DNA of 30,370 bases from a virus (lineage: Duplodnaviria > Caudoviricetes). The stretch spans positions 1 through 30,370 of IMG/VR virus record IMGVR_UViG_3300031861_000378; one strand, 5' to 3'. Both the position numbers and the translations under genes were made by a program. The first letter of the stretch is position 1. The number at the start of each line of letters is the position of its first letter. Shown piece after piece: positions 8,170 through 16,391 of this stretch. The notes below the pieces were generated by a model that ran no database searches, was not told the origin of the DNA, and saw only the letters and a program-made list of their open reading frames with translations.

Positions 8170-8380
8170 CACCGTTCAAGTGCCACGAACCCGCCCACCG
8201 TTGGCCGCTCAGCGCCTTGACTTGCCGAGCCTCTGCGATATCTGCGGAAAGACCCGTTCAACCCGTAAACACGCCAAGTGCAGCCGCATTCGCCAGCAAC
8301 ACAAAGCCATCGAGTGGGCCGCACTGCTGACCGCGAAAGCCACCGCCAAACAAGCCAAGGGGAAGCGTTATGCCCGTTGA
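8162..8380 (+). CDS. Small putative zinc-binding protein
   Basis: GGAGG RBS before ATG 8162; CDIC-x8-HAKC motif; basic. Confidence 0.72.
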   Translation: MLNTVQVPRTRPPLAAQRLDLPSLCDICGKTRSTRKHAKCSRIRQQHKAIEWAALLTAKATAKQAKGKRYAR

Positions 8381-8603
8381 AATCCTCGCCCGCTACACCA
8401 GCAACACCTATATGGCCCGAGCCAAGGGCTACAAACAGACAGCTACCAACACCATCGGCCCGCGTGACGCCGCTGCGGCCCTGGCTCGAAAGCTCGAGCT
8501 TGACCCTGTCGGCATGCGCTATGTCACCGACCATGGTGGAAAGCACTTCGACACCCACGTGTTTGATTTCCCAGCTGAGGATCTGGGGGAAACTCCGGTC
8601 TGA
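8370..8603 (+). CDS. Hypothetical protein
   Basis: 77 aa, overlaps the upstream stop; last gene before the terminator. Confidence 0.68.
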   Translation: MPVEILARYTSNTYMARAKGYKQTATNTIGPRDAAAALARKLELDPVGMRYVTDHGGKHFDTHVFDFPAEDLGETPV

Positions 8604-8627
8604 AATTTGGTTTTAACAGCTGTATTT

Positions 8628-8652
8628 AGGGGCGCAGATGCGCCCCTTTTTT
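8628..8652 (+). terminator. Intrinsic terminator of the early operon
   Basis: AGGGGCGC-AGAT-GCGCCCCT followed by a T tract. Confidence 0.85.
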
Positions 8653-9023
8653 ATTGCCGTAATTCCAAGATTAAAACACCATATTGGTGTTAAGCCGTCT
8701 CAATACAATATCAATGTACCGCGCAATAAATTGCACACCTAATAGTTGAACATCCAGCCGCAGGCCGCGAAAACACTGGAATGCTCTTTTGTACATTTGT
8801 GCTTATGTACTCGAAACCATAATTAAGTATTTATTTAATCACATAATTCGCGCTTTCGTTAATTAGCGAATTAACACAAAAAACCGAAGTGCAATATATT
8901 GCGCACTTTGCCATCACCTACCACGAAACCCACAGAACGCAAGGCCTCCCGCTTCCCACGCGGGGAAACGAAACCCTTCATTCCCGCACATCGGAATTGA
9001 AGAAAGAAAGATTCAAAAAGTGC

Positions 9024-9060
9024 TTGACCGCACAAATTTTAAATAAGTAAAGTCCGCCCC
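9024..9060 (+). promoter_or_regulatory. Putative sigma70 promoter
   Basis: A-rich UP-like tract, TTGACC, 18 bp, TAAAGT, then GC-rich CCGCCCC. Confidence 0.55.
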
Positions 9061-9091
9061 GTTGAATCTGCCCAGCATGGAGTAAGCGGCA

Positions 9092-9298
9092 ATGGACAAA
9101 CAAAAAAATAGCGTTATAGCCACACGTGATGAAGTTGATGAAGTGGCCCAAGTTCTAAGTTTTCTAGGGTGCGCGATTGGCGGTGTTGCACTGGGCGATT
9201 ATGAGCGGGGTGGTGCACAGGTGGTGGCTGAGTGGTCGGCCGAACGGCTACGGAATTGCTCCGCAGCGATGGGTCAGGCTGGCAGTGCGCCCAGCTGA
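9092..9298 (+). CDS. Hypothetical protein convergent with ogr
   Basis: GGAG RBS, own candidate promoter, 68 aa; 3' end overlaps ogr by 25 nt. Confidence 0.55.
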   Translation: MDKQKNSVIATRDEVDEVAQVLSFLGCAIGGVALGDYERGGAQVVAEWSAERLRNCSAAMGQAGSAPS

Positions 9299-9531
9299 TC
9301 AAACAATTGGCGCTGTTGCGCTGCTGGAAGCTGACGTAGGCGGTCGAACAGCAATTGATCGACCGCCCCGGCAGCAGGGCGAAGGGCGTGTGAGTAGGTG
9401 AGGTTCATTACAAAGGTGTGGCCACACACTGGGTTCAGGCACTGGCAATAAAGCCTGGCAAACTCCACGGACAGTTCGTCACGCGAAGCAATCCGAGCCT
9501 TACCGCTACATTCCTTGCAATGGATCCGCAC
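9274..9531 (-). CDS. ogr: Ogr/Delta-family zinc-finger late transcription activator
   Basis: CKEC...YCQCLNPVCGHTF signature; GGAGG RBS, GTG start. Confidence 0.93.
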   Translation of the reverse strand: MRIHCKECSGKARIASRDELSVEFARLYCQCLNPVCGHTFVMNLTYSHALRPAAGAVDQLLFDRLRQLPAAQQRQLFDQLGALPA

Positions 9532-9606
9532 TGTGCCCTCCCCCGAAGGTGTTCAATCGGACACTATTCTGCCACAACATCTAGTAACTAGAGCCTGCAA
9601 AATATA

Positions 9607-9813
9607 CTACGGGTAGTCCTCACCACCGTTGGGGATGCGACAACGATGTATCCGCCCCCACGCCATACGCGCCCCTCTCAGCGGCCCATGCTTTTGGATA
9701 GCAAGCATGGCGTAATTGGAACAGCTGGGCTCAAACCGACAAGCCCCCCGCAACCGTTGGGGGGCTATCGCTTGATAAAGGCGAATCAACGCCAGTAGCA
9801 AGCGGGTGATCAT
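9607..9813 (-). CDS. yidD: YidD-like membrane protein insertion efficiency factor (haemolytic domain)
   Basis: LIRLYQ...CRFEPSCSNYA...HG...G...RIHRC...GG-D: three-Cys YidD signature with an amphipathic N-helix. Confidence 0.9.
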   Translation of the reverse strand: MITRLLLALIRLYQAIAPQRLRGACRFEPSCSNYAMLAIQKHGPLRGARMAWGRIHRCRIPNGGEDYP

Positions 9814-10052
9814 CGTGGTTTGCGGAACGTAATGACGTAGTAAGCCGAGTTGCTGGCCTTTTTACCGGCCAGCGCATCAAAACAGCCGACCTGAACGGCC
9901 ACACCGACGGTATCCACCCGGTAGAACTCCCAACCCTGATCAGCGTACTGATTAGCGATGCTTTCCAGATACACGGCGGCTTCATTTCCCTTGTGTTTAC
10001 TGGCTTTGACTTCAATGTTTGGCGGAACCTGGACCATCTTGTATTCGTACAT
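9810..10052 (-). CDS. DUF4177-like protein
   Basis: MYEYKMV...LESIANQYADQGWEFY...ITFRKP pattern; AAGGA RBS; ATGA overlap with the yidD-like gene. Confidence 0.8.
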   Translation of the reverse strand: MYEYKMVQVPPNIEVKASKHKGNEAAVYLESIANQYADQGWEFYRVDTVGVAVQVGCFDALAGKKASNSAYYVITFRKPR

Positions 10053-10177
10053 CGGCTTTCCTTAAGGTCATCGTGGCCCCTTGCCACTCACCGATACTAA
10101 AACGGACGCAATCACCGCGCCATCCAAGTCAGGTGCGCAAACGCATAGTGGGCTGAACACGTAAATCGCTGACATTG

Positions 10178-11173
10178 CTAGGCCACATCAAACACTACCC
10201 GTCGATCTGCGCGCAGCACGTCGTTGATCTGCAGAAACAGCCGGCAGATCGGTCGGATCTCGTTGTTGGTGTACACCCGATCGATCTTTTCAATATCGCC
10301 AAAGCCGCCCGCGTTCTCCGGCATGATGCCGGCCAACGCCGGATTCATGCGCCAGGCTGCGATCACGTCCGCCCTGGTGATGTTTTTGATCCGTTCGAAT
10401 TCATCTTTTGTGGCCACGTCGCCCACGGGGATGATCTGAATCGCCTTCTCGCTGCCGCCTGGGATGTTGACGAACATAGAGCGGAAATTGCCCACCCCCT
10501 TGCTCGCGCTGATCTGTGATTTCAGCGCGTCTTCGTCCTCTTCGCTCAAGTCGGGATCGTTGGTGTAGAAGATGAAGCCCGCGTGCGCGCCGTTGTTGTA
10601 GTAGCGACGGCGGAACAGGGTGGCGGACTCGTTTAACAGCAGCGAGTGCATGCCGCCCAGGTAGTCGGGCACGCCGTACACGTCCTGTTCCACGTCGTAG
10701 TCCATCACGTGTTCTATCTCGTCTTCGGCAAAGTGCAGTTCCTGGCCGTTGGGTAGCAGCATCACGAAACCGCCCCCGACCTTGCGCCGCATGTTGATAG
10801 CCGGCAGGTGGCGCAGCTCTAGCACCTGGCCAATGATGTTGCGCAGGCGCTGAAAATACGCCTCACCAAACACCATGAAATCAAGCGCGGCACGGCCCAT
10901 GGTCTGCGCGCTGCAGCCGGCTGACGCCTGGAAGTCACGCAGCAGCAGGTTGCGCTTGAAGCGCGGAATGGTGCCGTGGTGGGCGTTGGCTCGCAGTAGC
11001 TTGGCCAGCCCGGTGCGCGATACCGGGGGCGTGTAAATGCGCCCGTCGTCGCTGGCGAACACGCCCAGGTACTCGCCCATGTTGCTGGCCAGCACGGATT
11101 CCGGCGCTCCGAATGAGAACATCCGAGGCGGCTTTGACTGCTGCTGTTGATCCTGCTGTGTGTGCTTTGCCAT
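10178..11173 (-). CDS. Q: Portal protein (P2 gpQ / PBSX-type)
   Basis: FSFGAPE, YGVPDYLG, LLNESATLFRRRYYNNGAHAGFI, GNFRSMFVNIP, GGFGDIEK; start set at ATG 11173. Confidence 0.95.
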   Translation of the reverse strand: MAKHTQQDQQQQSKPPRMFSFGAPESVLASNMGEYLGVFASDDGRIYTPPVSRTGLAKLLRANAHHGTIPRFKRNLLLRDFQASAGCSAQTMGRAALDFMVFGEAYFQRLRNIIGQVLELRHLPAINMRRKVGGGFVMLLPNGQELHFAEDEIEHVMDYDVEQDVYGVPDYLGGMHSLLLNESATLFRRRYYNNGAHAGFIFYTNDPDLSEEDEDALKSQISASKGVGNFRSMFVNIPGGSEKAIQIIPVGDVATKDEFERIKNITRADVIAAWRMNPALAGIMPENAGGFGDIEKIDRVYTNNEIRPICRLFLQINDVLRADRRVVFDVA

Positions 11174-12995
11174 GGCTACCCTGTGGAAGTGTTGACCAGC
11201 GGCTACGCCGCTTTTTGTTGGTGTTGAGGGGTTCGTGATGCAGCGCGTGCATGATTGCCCAGGCGATATCGGCATGCCCTGTGGCCTCGGTGCGTGACGC
11301 GCTGTAGGTGATCTGGCCGCTGGCTGTTGCGCCGCGTTTGATGGTCAGGAAGGCCGCTGCAATATCGTTCCAGCCGGCGTCCCATTCGATGCGGTTGCCC
11401 TGCACCGTGTCCTGGGCTTTGAGTACCAGTGTGTTTTTGGTTTCCAAGCTGTAGTGGATCGGCGTTGCACGCGGGTAGAAGTCGCGCACCAGATCGAACA
11501 CGCCATAGCCCACCCCGGTGATATCGATCCCGATGTGTTGCACGCTGAAGCGCTCGCAAAGCTTTTTGACCTGGGCGGCTTGGTAGGTGAACGAATGCCC
11601 GCGCCATGAATGCTTTTCAAGAATGCGGAACCGCGCCCCAGGCTCCAACGGCGGTGCCAGCACCACACAGGTGGCATCGTCGCGGGTGCGGCTTGGGTCA
11701 TAGCCGAGCCACACCGGGCTGTTACCGAACGGGCGGTCGGCTTTGGGATCTGGATCGTAGTCAGCCCACAGGGATTGGTCTGAGTAGCAGCGTTCAAGGT
11801 CTTTCAGTGCAAACACGGACTGGGTGCTGTCGATGAATTTGCACATATAGAGCTGAGCAAAGCGGTCTTCGTCGTTTTCCAACCGTAGCCGGTCGATATC
11901 GAACAGATCACAGCCCCCAGCGGCCGCGTCTTCGATGGTGATCATCTTGCGCCACTGGCCATCCGGGCACAGCGCGCCCTGGTGAATGGCGGTTTCGCTT
12001 GGCCAGTCCTGCCCCAACTTTTTGCCGCGCTTGCTGTTGCGGAATTCCTCGCCCGTCCAGAACGGGTACGCCTGGTGGGTAACCGCGCTGGGCGTGGAAA
12101 AGTAGGTTTTTCGCCACTTCTTGTGCGAGGCCATAGCCCCGGCCAGGTTGTTCAGTTTCTCGAAGTCGCGGATCCAGAAATATTCGTCAATGTAGACGTG
12201 GCCGTGGTGGCCCTGGGCGGTGCTGCTGTTGGTGGACAGAAAGCGCAGCTCGGCCCATGGCTTGCCGTCTTTGCTGAGCACAATGGGGTTACCGCTCAAC
12301 TGCAGGCCGAACCATTCAGCGGCAAAGGCGATGATGTAGCTACGGAAGATCTCGGACTGGGCGCGACTGGCAGACAGAAACATCTGGTTGTCACCGGTCA
12401 GCACCGCATCCATGAAGGCTTCGGCGGCGAAGTAGTAGGTCAGGCCCACCTGCCGGCTTTTGAGGATGTTGCGGATCCGCGCTGTGAGCGGGTTTTTCTT
12501 GGCCTCTAACAGCTCCAGCTGATAGCCAAACATCTTGCTGGTGAACTTCTCTAGGAAATCCAGTTCACCCAGCCCGGAAACGTCGTTTTTCGGTGCTTTC
12601 TCGCGGCGCTTGCCGCCCTTGTCGCCACGCTCACGGCGTTCACTGCGCTGCCCTTCCCGACTGTCGCCCGGCTCGCCTTGCGCTTCACTGGCGACCGGAT
12701 GGACTGGCTTGCTGCTTTGTTTCAGCAGGCGCTCGCGCAGGGTGGTTAGGCGGTCGAGTTCGTCCAGCTCGCCTTTAGCCAGGGTGCCCGGCTTTTCCAG
12801 CAGCAGTGTTATGCGCCGGCTAACGGCGTTCACCGGCTCTTCGTCCGTTAATAGATCGTCCCAACCGCCACGGGCGATCCAGTAGTAGACGATCCGCACG
12901 TTTGGCAGCTTTAGCTGTGCCTGAATTTCACGCGGCTTGGCACGGCGCAGATAAAGGCGTTTGGCGGCTTCTTTGACTTCGACTGAGTAAGGCAT
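10935..12995 (-). CDS. P: Terminase large (ATPase) subunit (P2 gpP)
   Basis: N-terminal HTH, LKSRQVGLT Walker A, YIDEYFW Walker B, YFSTPS, GYDPS nuclease motif, GHADIAWA. Confidence 0.96.
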   Translation of the reverse strand: MPYSVEVKEAAKRLYLRRAKPREIQAQLKLPNVRIVYYWIARGGWDDLLTDEEPVNAVSRRITLLLEKPGTLAKGELDELDRLTTLRERLLKQSSKPVHPVASEAQGEPGDSREGQRSERRERGDKGGKRREKAPKNDVSGLGELDFLEKFTSKMFGYQLELLEAKKNPLTARIRNILKSRQVGLTYYFAAEAFMDAVLTGDNQMFLSASRAQSEIFRSYIIAFAAEWFGLQLSGNPIVLSKDGKPWAELRFLSTNSSTAQGHHGHVYIDEYFWIRDFEKLNNLAGAMASHKKWRKTYFSTPSAVTHQAYPFWTGEEFRNSKRGKKLGQDWPSETAIHQGALCPDGQWRKMITIEDAAAGGCDLFDIDRLRLENDEDRFAQLYMCKFIDSTQSVFALKDLERCYSDQSLWADYDPDPKADRPFGNSPVWLGYDPSRTRDDATCVVLAPPLEPGARFRILEKHSWRGHSFTYQAAQVKKLCERFSVQHIGIDITGVGYGVFDLVRDFYPRATPIHYSLETKNTLVLKAQDTVQGNRIEWDAGWNDIAAAFLTIKRGATASGQITYSASRTEATGHADIAWAIMHALHHEPLNTNKKRRSRWSTLPQGSHGKAHTAGSTAAVKAASDVLIRSAGIRAGQQHGRVPGRVRQRRRAHLHAPGIAHRAGQATASQRPPRHHSALQAQPAAA

Positions 12996-13177
12996 GGGGC
13001 GCAGTCTATGCGCCGAAAACGCAGGAAACGCGCTGCTAAATTCCTACATATTCCTATTTTTATCAGATAGTTACAGAGCAAAAGCAAAGCGTTTGTTTGG
13101 CTGCTGATCGGTGCATAAGGTGGGGCCTCTGAACACGACTAGCCCCCGTCGCCACCCTCAGCCGAGCAGCCAGAACA
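12996..13177. promoter_or_regulatory. Divergent late promoter region (P/O)
   Basis: AT-richer spacer between divergent P and O as in P2; tandem TTCCTA; candidate -10 elements (TAGACT leftward, TAAGGT rightward) without good -35s. Confidence 0.55.
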
Positions 13178-14062
13178 ATGTCCCAGCCCCTGACCACCGG
13201 ATGGATTCAAGTCGCTACCAGCGGCGCGACCATCGACGGCCGCACCATCGACGCGCAGGACTTGCGCGACATGGCAGAAACCTATTCCACGGCGACCTAT
13301 ACCGCTGTGATCCGCTTCGAGCACATCCGTTATTTCGGCAACTTCGGCACGGTGGAAGCGCTCAAGGCCGAAGATCTGGACAACGGCAAGGTGGGTCTAT
13401 TTGCCCAACTGCGCCCCAACGCCCGACTGCTGGAGCTGAACAAGGAAGGCCAAGCGCTTTTCACCAGCGTGGAAATCACCCCGGACTATGACGGCAGCGG
13501 CAAGGCTTACATGAACGCCCTGGCAGTGACCGACGAGCCGGCCAGCCTTGGCACCGAGCGCCTGCACTTTTCCCGTCGCAAGGCCAACCCCGACAACTAC
13601 TTTGCAGCCCCTATGAGCTTGCCGGATCTGGCCGAGTGCCTGGCCGAAGACGACGCCGAAAGCGCCGGGCGTGCCTTCTTCGCCAGCCTGGGGCGCTTGC
13701 TGCCGGGCTTCAACAAATCCCCCGCAACCCCCCAAGACGAGAGCACCCCAATGGATCCGAAAACCGCACAGGCCTTCACGGCAGCGGTGGACAAACTCGA
13801 CACCGTGGCCACCAGCCTGGCGACGAGCGCGGCCACCTTTGCAGCCAAACCCGCCGCACCGGCAGCAGCCGCCCCAGCCGTTGAACCGGCCAAGGTCGAA
13901 GGCGAGCAGGTTCCGGGCGTCACCGCTGAGCAGTTCGCAAAGCTGCAGGAAGGCTTTGATTCCCTCACCAAAATGTTCAACACCGCGCTGAACCAAGGCC
14001 AGGGCAAAGATGTGCCCGTGACCACTGGTGCAGTAGACGCAGACAAAGAGGTTGTTTACTGA
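13178..14062 (+). CDS. O: Capsid scaffolding protein/protease (gpO)
   Basis: VATSGATIDGRTI...LAVTDEPASLGTERLHFS motifs; synteny. Confidence 0.95.
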   Translation: MSQPLTTGWIQVATSGATIDGRTIDAQDLRDMAETYSTATYTAVIRFEHIRYFGNFGTVEALKAEDLDNGKVGLFAQLRPNARLLELNKEGQALFTSVEITPDYDGSGKAYMNALAVTDEPASLGTERLHFSRRKANPDNYFAAPMSLPDLAECLAEDDAESAGRAFFASLGRLLPGFNKSPATPQDESTPMDPKTAQAFTAAVDKLDTVATSLATSAATFAAKPAAPAAAAPAVEPAKVEGEQVPGVTAEQFAKLQEGFDSLTKMFNTALNQGQGKDVPVTTGAVDADKEVVY

Positions 14063-15081
14063 TGAGCCTGAGCACAGCAGCGCGCTTGCGTTTTAGCACC
14101 CTGGCCCTGGCCATTGCTTCCACCTACGCCGTGGAAACCGTACGTGAAGAGTTCAACGTCACGCCCACTCATGCGCAGACCCTGAACGAAAAAATCACCC
14201 TGAGTTCGGCCTTCCTGCAGCGGATCAACGTGATCCCGGTCAGCGAGATCAAGGGCGAAAAGGTCATGCTGGGCGTCAATGGCTCAGTCACTGGCCGCAC
14301 CGACACCAGCAACACCGACCGCGTAGCACGCAACGTGCTGGGCCTGGACGGTAACGGCTATGAGCTGTTCGAAACCCACAGCGACGTGGGCCTGAAATAC
14401 GCCACCATCGACGCCTGGGCCAAGTTCAAAGACTTTGCTCAACGCTATGCCGCCGCCGTACAGAAACAGATCGGCCTAGACCGGATCATGATCGGCTGGA
14501 ACGGCACAAGCGTTGCCGCTACAACCGACCGCGTGGCCAACCCACTGCTGCAGGACGTGAACAAGGGCTGGATGCAGATTGCCCGCGAACAGGCCCCACA
14601 GCAGGTGCTGACACAGGGCACGGTGACTGCCGGCAAGATCAAGCTCGGTGCTACCGGCGATTACAAAAATCTCGACGCGCTGGTGTACGACGTGTCGCTG
14701 ATGATCGATGAAGAGTTCCGCGATGGTGGCGACCTAATTGCCATCGTAGGCCGCGATCTGTTGGCCAACGACAAGGGCAAACTGTACGCCGCCCAAGGCG
14801 GAACCCCGACCGAAAAAGAACGCCTGGAAATGGCCCAGGTGGTTTCCACCTACGGCGGCCTGCCGACGTTCACCTGCCCGCACTTCCCAAGCAAAGGCGT
14901 GGTGGTTACCAGCTGGGACAACCTGTCTATCTACTTTCAGGACAGCAGCTGGCGCCGCCAGATCGTAGAGAACCCGAAACGCTCACAGGTTGAGGATTAC
15001 AACGGCCGCAACGAAGGCTATGTGATCGAGCAGCTGGGCAAGTTCGCGGCTATCGAAGCCGGCAACGTGGAGTTCGTCTGA
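14062..15081 (+). CDS. N: Major capsid protein (gpN)
   Basis: LDRIMIGWNG, NPLLQDVNKGW, NLSIYFQ, NEGYVIE motifs. Confidence 0.97.
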   Translation: MSLSTAARLRFSTLALAIASTYAVETVREEFNVTPTHAQTLNEKITLSSAFLQRINVIPVSEIKGEKVMLGVNGSVTGRTDTSNTDRVARNVLGLDGNGYELFETHSDVGLKYATIDAWAKFKDFAQRYAAAVQKQIGLDRIMIGWNGTSVAATTDRVANPLLQDVNKGWMQIAREQAPQQVLTQGTVTAGKIKLGATGDYKNLDALVYDVSLMIDEEFRDGGDLIAIVGRDLLANDKGKLYAAQGGTPTEKERLEMAQVVSTYGGLPTFTCPHFPSKGVVVTSWDNLSIYFQDSSWRRQIVENPKRSQVEDYNGRNEGYVIEQLGKFAAIEAGNVEFV

Positions 15082-15083
15082 CT

Positions 15084-15830
15084 ATGAGCCTGGCCCTTGC
15101 CCACAAGCAGCGCATGCTTGAGCAAGGCCCGGCCGCCAGCGGTGCGGAGGTTTACACCTCCGCCACTGCCCTGGCAGGCCCGGCCAACGCACAGAAGCAC
15201 TTGGCGCTGATGACCACCGCGCTGGCCGAAGATCTGGCCCGCCTGTCTGACCTGAATTCGCTGGCCGACCGGCAACAGCTCAAGCGTGAAGAGCTGCTGC
15301 CCAAGTACCTGGAGTATGTGCAGCGCTACCGCGATTCAGGCCTGAGCCACCCCAACATGGTGTTGATGCAGGTGCTGGTATGGCTGTTCGACACTGAGCA
15401 GTTCGAAGCCGGCCTGGAACTGGCGCTGTTTGCCATCGATCAAGGCCAGGAAATGCCAGCCCGGTTCAAGCGCGACGTGCCCACCTTTGTGGCTGACGCG
15501 GTGATTGATTGGGCCGAAGCCGAGCAAAAGGCCAAACGCAGCCCTGAACCGTACCTGACGCAGCTGCTGCCCTACGTGGACGGCTACTGGGCAAAGATCA
15601 TGGCCGAAGACGACACCCAGCTGCCGACGCCTTGGAAGCTCTTCGAGCGCATTCCGGCGCGCTTCCACAAGCTGCTGGGCATCCTCGCCATGGAGCAGGA
15701 ACAGTGGGGTGATGCCGTCGATCACTTCGAGCGAGCCACCGCGCTTTACCCGGAAATCGGCGTGAAAACCCGTCAGGACGATGCCGCCAAGGCTCTGCGC
15801 AAGCAGCAAGCCACCAACTCCGAAACCTAA
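15084..15830 (+). CDS. M: Terminase small/endonuclease subunit (gpM)
   Basis: KREELLPKY, VWLFD, MPARFKRD, GVKT motifs; synteny after N. Confidence 0.92.
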   Translation: MSLALAHKQRMLEQGPAASGAEVYTSATALAGPANAQKHLALMTTALAEDLARLSDLNSLADRQQLKREELLPKYLEYVQRYRDSGLSHPNMVLMQVLVWLFDTEQFEAGLELALFAIDQGQEMPARFKRDVPTFVADAVIDWAEAEQKAKRSPEPYLTQLLPYVDGYWAKIMAEDDTQLPTPWKLFERIPARFHKLLGILAMEQEQWGDAVDHFERATALYPEIGVKTRQDDAAKALRKQQATNSET

Positions 15831-15929
15831 CCGACTACCCCCCTGCGGGGCCTGTCCTGGCGTTTGCTCTGCTTGCAGAACCAACCCCCCCAACGACAGC
15901 CACCCCGCCCTATTCTTGAGCGGCCAGCA

Positions 15930-16391
15930 ATGAGCTTTTCCGGCAAACCCACCACCCTGGTGGAACAAGCGATCACCAACGACGGCTTTTGGCCCGACTT
16001 GGGCGTGAGCGAGTTTCAGAAAGGCTACCGCCTGCCAGCGGAGTATTTGGTGGATCTGCTGGCCGACGGCATCACCAACGCCATGGGCGAAGTGAACCGC
16101 GATCTGGCCAAGCGCAAAGCCGCTTGGCAGGCTGCTGGCATCACCAACGTGGCAGCCGCTGACCCGCAGGTATTGCAGGAACGGGCGTTCTACGTGGCCA
16201 CCTACAAGCGGGCGGTTTACTGCCGCGCCAAGGCCTATCTGCTGCAGCAGTTCGCAACGGTTACCCGCCGCGAATCTGCCGCGAACATGGCCAAAGAAGC
16301 ACCCGAAACCCACGAAGCGTTTCTGGCATTCAGCCAGCAAGCCGTGCGCTTGATCCAGGGCCGTGGCCGCATTACGGCGGTGTTGCTGTGA
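15930..16391 (+). CDS. L: Head completion/stabilization protein (gpL)
   Basis: ITNDGFWPDL...YKRAVYCRAKA; start at ATG 15930. Confidence 0.92.
   Translation: MSFSGKPTTLVEQAITNDGFWPDLGVSEFQKGYRLPAEYLVDLLADGITNAMGEVNRDLAKRKAAWQAAGITNVAAADPQVLQERAFYVATYKRAVYCRAKAYLLQQFATVTRRESAANMAKEAPETHEAFLAFSQQAVRLIQGRGRITAVLL

Noticed and set aside
8620-8637. Canonical LexA box (CTG-N10-CAG)
   Set aside because: Spacing is N12 and the sequence is part of the terminator.
9607-9813. Host rnpA-yidD-yidC locus marking a prophage boundary
   Set aside because: No rpmH, rnpA or yidC nearby; the gene is flanked by phage genes on both sides.
9532-10177. P2-type cos site near the portal gene
   Set aside because: No match seen to the P2 19-bp cohesive end; the packaging site cannot be assigned from sequence alone.
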